Positions 21,624-24,393 of a stretch of DNA of 24,393 bases are shown piece by piece (position 1 is the stretch's first letter; each line of letters starts with the position of its first letter). The notes beneath the pieces were generated by a model that had not been told where the DNA came from, did not search any database, and saw only the letters and a program-made list of their open reading frames with translations. This DNA comes from a virus. Taxonomy: Duplodnaviria; Caudoviricetes. A program made the position numbers and the translations under genes. The DNA lies in the IMG/VR virus record IMGVR_UViG_3300042519_002211, positions 1 to 24,393 of that record; one strand, written 5' to 3'.

Positions 21624-22021
21624 GCGATTTCTTCGACCGTTCCCTTGAGCGTCGGTCCACCTGACACAACGGTCCAGTCTGTTATTTGGTTGCTCATGGC
21701 CGGTTTGCCACCTTCCCGCACATTGACGGCGATTGTAATATGTGGAATTTTGTTCGTACTTGGGTACCCAACAACACGAACCGCAACAACTTTGTTACTT
21801 ACACCAATATGCGTTACTTCAAGCGTTTGATCTGTACCAACGTCCTTTTTAACGTACTCGGGTATGCCCGGAAATTGAATTGTCATGTGATGGCAGTACA
21901 TTTTCCAGCCATTCTGTTGAACTAAAATGGGCAACCGAACGCTGTTTACTTTTACGTTCTTGTCTGCCCACGCGGCTAACTTTAATTGAGACCGTTCGTC
22001 TAAGACTACTGCTGAGTACAT
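21620..22021 (-). CDS. 2H phosphoesterase (tRNA-ligase CPDase-like)
   Basis: Two HxT motifs: HHMTI and PHITI. Confidence 0.8.
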   Translation of the reverse strand: MYSAVVLDERSQLKLAAWADKNVKVNSVRLPILVQQNGWKMYCHHMTIQFPGIPEYVKKDVGTDQTLEVTHIGVSNKVVAVRVVGYPSTNKIPHITIAVNVREGGKPAMSNQITDWTVVSGGPTLKGTVEEIA

Positions 22022-22025
22022 AATG

Positions 22026-22979
22026 TTATTGTTTGATGTGGTTTAATATCTTATAAATAGTCGCCATGAAACAAATCTCACGGTCTGGTACAACTACATC
22101 GGCCTGTTGTCCATCGGCTAGGCACACGATGACTTCGCCTTGGTGATTTGGTGCATACTGTTCTACCTTTTCATATAGCTCGGTATAAAAATCCGCGAAG
22201 TTCTTTATTCCACTGTCCGCAATCACTTGACGAATATCATAAAAGGTCTGCTTGTTTCCGGTATAATCTTTCAACATCGATATTAACTTGGATTTCACGT
22301 CGCCAAGCAATACGTCTTCCTTGCCCAATTTCAATTCGCCGTCCAACACTCCGCGCTGTGCAGTGTTAATGATCGCTCGAATATCGGGGTAATGACTGTT
22401 GATTAACAGTACCAGACTTTCTCGATCAAATTTAATCGCCTCGGTTCTGAGAATATTGGCCAGCGTCATTGCTACTTCTTTTTTCGAAGGTGGACAAATT
22501 TCAAACAATTGACAGCGAGATTGAATCGGTTCAATAATTCGCTCGTGATGATTGCACGTCATAATAAAACGGGTGTGATTACTATACGTTTCCATTGTGT
22601 TTCTCAGCGCAGCTTGTCCTATGGGCGTCAACCCGTCTGCCTCGTCAAGAATAATAACTTTCAGCGGAGTAAACCCCATCGACGACGCGAAGCTTTTGAT
22701 TTTGCCACGAATTGTATCAATGCCATTTTCGTCCGACGCGTTGATATACATCACATCACACTTTATGGTTTTTGTTATAATTTTAGCCAGCGTGGTCTTG
22801 CCCGTACCCGGACCACCATACAACAACAGGTGTGGTATATCATTATCTTTAATATACTGCTTTACCTTCGTCTTTAGGTCTTCTCCGCCCACGTATGTAT
22901 CCAAAGCAGTCGGGCGATATTTTTCGACCCATAGCGTGTGAGTATTTACTTCCGATTTCTTAGGTGTATCGAATGCCAT
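22026..22979 (-). CDS. clamp loader AAA+ subunit (RFC small subunit / T4 gp44-like)
   Basis: LWVEKYRP, Walker A GPGTGKT, INASDENG, ILDEAD, SRC. Confidence 0.95.
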   Translation of the reverse strand: MAFDTPKKSEVNTHTLWVEKYRPTALDTYVGGEDLKTKVKQYIKDNDIPHLLLYGGPGTGKTTLAKIITKTIKCDVMYINASDENGIDTIRGKIKSFASSMGFTPLKVIILDEADGLTPIGQAALRNTMETYSNHTRFIMTCNHHERIIEPIQSRCQLFEICPPSKKEVAMTLANILRTEAIKFDRESLVLLINSHYPDIRAIINTAQRGVLDGELKLGKEDVLLGDVKSKLISMLKDYTGNKQTFYDIRQVIADSGIKNFADFYTELYEKVEQYAPNHQGEVIVCLADGQQADVVVPDREICFMATIYKILNHIKQ

Positions 22980-22983
22980 AATT

Positions 22984-23724
22984 TTAGTCCTCGCTATTCT
23001 TGCTCATCATGAAATACTTCGCCGTGTAATCTTGCGTCGTAAACTCAATCGCCGCCAGTCCATCCACGTCAATCTTTAGAATTGCACCGGCAGTTCCGCG
23101 GTTCTTCGATAGAATCTCTCGGAACAGTGGAGCATCAAAACTAATTGGATTTTCCACAGTATCCTTACCGGCGGTCGGCTCTACTTCCAACCTAATTCGA
23201 TTGGAATTTAGCGTGCTATATCCGACGACCAATTCCAATTTCTTTCCCTTCTTGTCCATCATCAACGTGAAACTCTGCGTTTCATTCACGTCCGTCAATG
23301 CAGCAGTCGCCTTTACGAATCGCGCAACAAAATCGTCGTTGATCGGAATTTCTACAGTATAATTGTCAGAATCTTCAATGTCCATCTCACTTGGGATTGT
23401 CGCCAAATTGGCCAACATACAGAACGACTCGGTGTTCTTATCGGAAATTGACAAGCTAATCGCCTCGGTATCATACTTTACGACCGCAATTTCGATTGTA
23501 TCATCTAGGACACTCAACATTCTCCGCAGTTGAGCGGTGTCGTTAATGCCATATTCCCCGGCGTCAATCTTGAGCGTGTTATGTGTAACATATCCAACCA
23601 GCGTCTTGGTGTCGTTACGAAAATGTGTACTCAATTTATCTCCATCCGATACAATCTTTACCGACTCCACTTTTCCGCCCAAGTTATACAACTCAACAAA
23701 TTTTATTAGTTCCGCTTTATTCAT
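22984..23724 (-). CDS. sliding clamp (T4 gp45/PCNA-like)
   Basis: 246-aa acidic beta-rich protein between polymerase and clamp loader; C-terminal YTAKYF. Confidence 0.75.
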   Translation of the reverse strand: MNKAELIKFVELYNLGGKVESVKIVSDGDKLSTHFRNDTKTLVGYVTHNTLKIDAGEYGINDTAQLRRMLSVLDDTIEIAVVKYDTEAISLSISDKNTESFCMLANLATIPSEMDIEDSDNYTVEIPINDDFVARFVKATAALTDVNETQSFTLMMDKKGKKLELVVGYSTLNSNRIRLEVEPTAGKDTVENPISFDAPLFREILSKNRGTAGAILKIDVDGLAAIEFTTQDYTAKYFMMSKNSED

Positions 23725-23732
23725 ATGGTAGC

Positions 23733-23761
23733 AATCTATGGTTAATAATCACAACTGTCAA
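23733..23761 (-). promoter_or_regulatory. sigma70-like promoter (TTGACA-17-TAGATT)
   Basis: Directly upstream of the clamp gene. Confidence 0.5.
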
Positions 23762-24393
23762 TTCGCTTTTTTCACTAGGAATTTATTTAGTTTTTCCATG
23801 TTTTCATTGTACAATTCCCAGTTCATTGCCGAGTAAAACATTTTCAGCTTCTTTTCCAACTCAGCGTTCCAGATTTGGGTCCGGTCAATGTGCCGATGCA
23901 AAAAGTCCATAACAACCTTCGGGTCAAACCCGTCGTCTTTAAAGGCGATACCGTCCAATCCAAACTCATTGGCTCTGAGATATGCCCATTTGATTTTTCC
24001 TCCACTCAAAATCGGCTCGACCGTTTTTACGTTGTAGTATTTGAGCATGTCGTTATATGCTAACGCTGCCTTACACTGTGCAGTTGAACCTTTGATAAAA
24101 TTGAATGGGTCGCGGTCGTGTGGATCAAAATTTGTAAACGGTGGTTTTTTGGCCGCAAATCGCACGGAAGTATTTTTGGCAATGTCTTGCAACTCAAACG
24201 TTTTCATTGTGCGCTTGAATGTCAATACTTTTGTATTTAGTTCATCGTTGGATGTTCCGCGCAAAATATCATCCAACACCGATTTCATGAAGACTCGGAA
24301 CTTCTGGGGGTACGACGAGCGGACCACGTCCAATCCTTTAATCTCAATGTCGTTCATGTCTTTGCCTTCTTCCATGTTATAAACTTTTAACAT
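23758..24393 (-). CDS. family B DNA polymerase, C-terminal part (5' truncated by window)
   Basis: IKGLDVVRSS thumb motif, KAALAYN, KIKWAYL. Confidence 0.9.
   Translation of the reverse strand: MLKVYNMEEGKDMNDIEIKGLDVVRSSYPQKFRVFMKSVLDDILRGTSNDELNTKVLTFKRTMKTFELQDIAKNTSVRFAAKKPPFTNFDPHDRDPFNFIKGSTAQCKAALAYNDMLKYYNVKTVEPILSGGKIKWAYLRANEFGLDGIAFKDDGFDPKVVMDFLHRHIDRTQIWNAELEKKLKMFYSAMNWELYNENMEKLNKFLVKKAN

Noticed and set aside
11334-24382. Antisense or alternate-frame ORFs inside long genes (e.g. 11334-11777, 14501-14812, 22597-22941, 24041-24382)
   Set aside because: Shadows of well-supported genes on the opposite strand or frame.

Overview
This window looks like part of a large T4-like (jumbo) dsDNA phage genome. 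Left half (1-12.3 kb): a minus-strand array of 36 complete tRNA genes covering 19 amino acids (Ser not seen; the array runs off the window edge). Many of these tRNAs are structurally non-canonical. The array is interleaved with roughly 20 structured non-tRNA elements (circularly permuted tRNA mimics, an ACAGCA closed-stem family, tRNA bodies with the anticodon arm replaced, pseudoknotted RNAs), an HNH gene and probable late virion-protein genes. Just upstream (13.1-13.5 kb) is an unannotated control region: a sigma70 promoter, then a 37-codon leader peptide using 32 different codons and 19 amino acids, then mutually exclusive antiterminator/terminator hairpins. This is a candidate ribosome-coupled attenuator that would switch the tRNA array on when translation stalls. 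Right half: Nudix, NADAR, DRB0094-type RNA ligase, vWA, ATP-grasp, DUF4326, 2H phosphoesterase, clamp loader, sliding clamp and the C-terminus of a family B DNA polymerase. It also holds two small Tat-signal proteins fused to fragments resembling T4 major capsid protein (one Gol-peptide-like). All calls were made by eye; no searches or folding programs were run.
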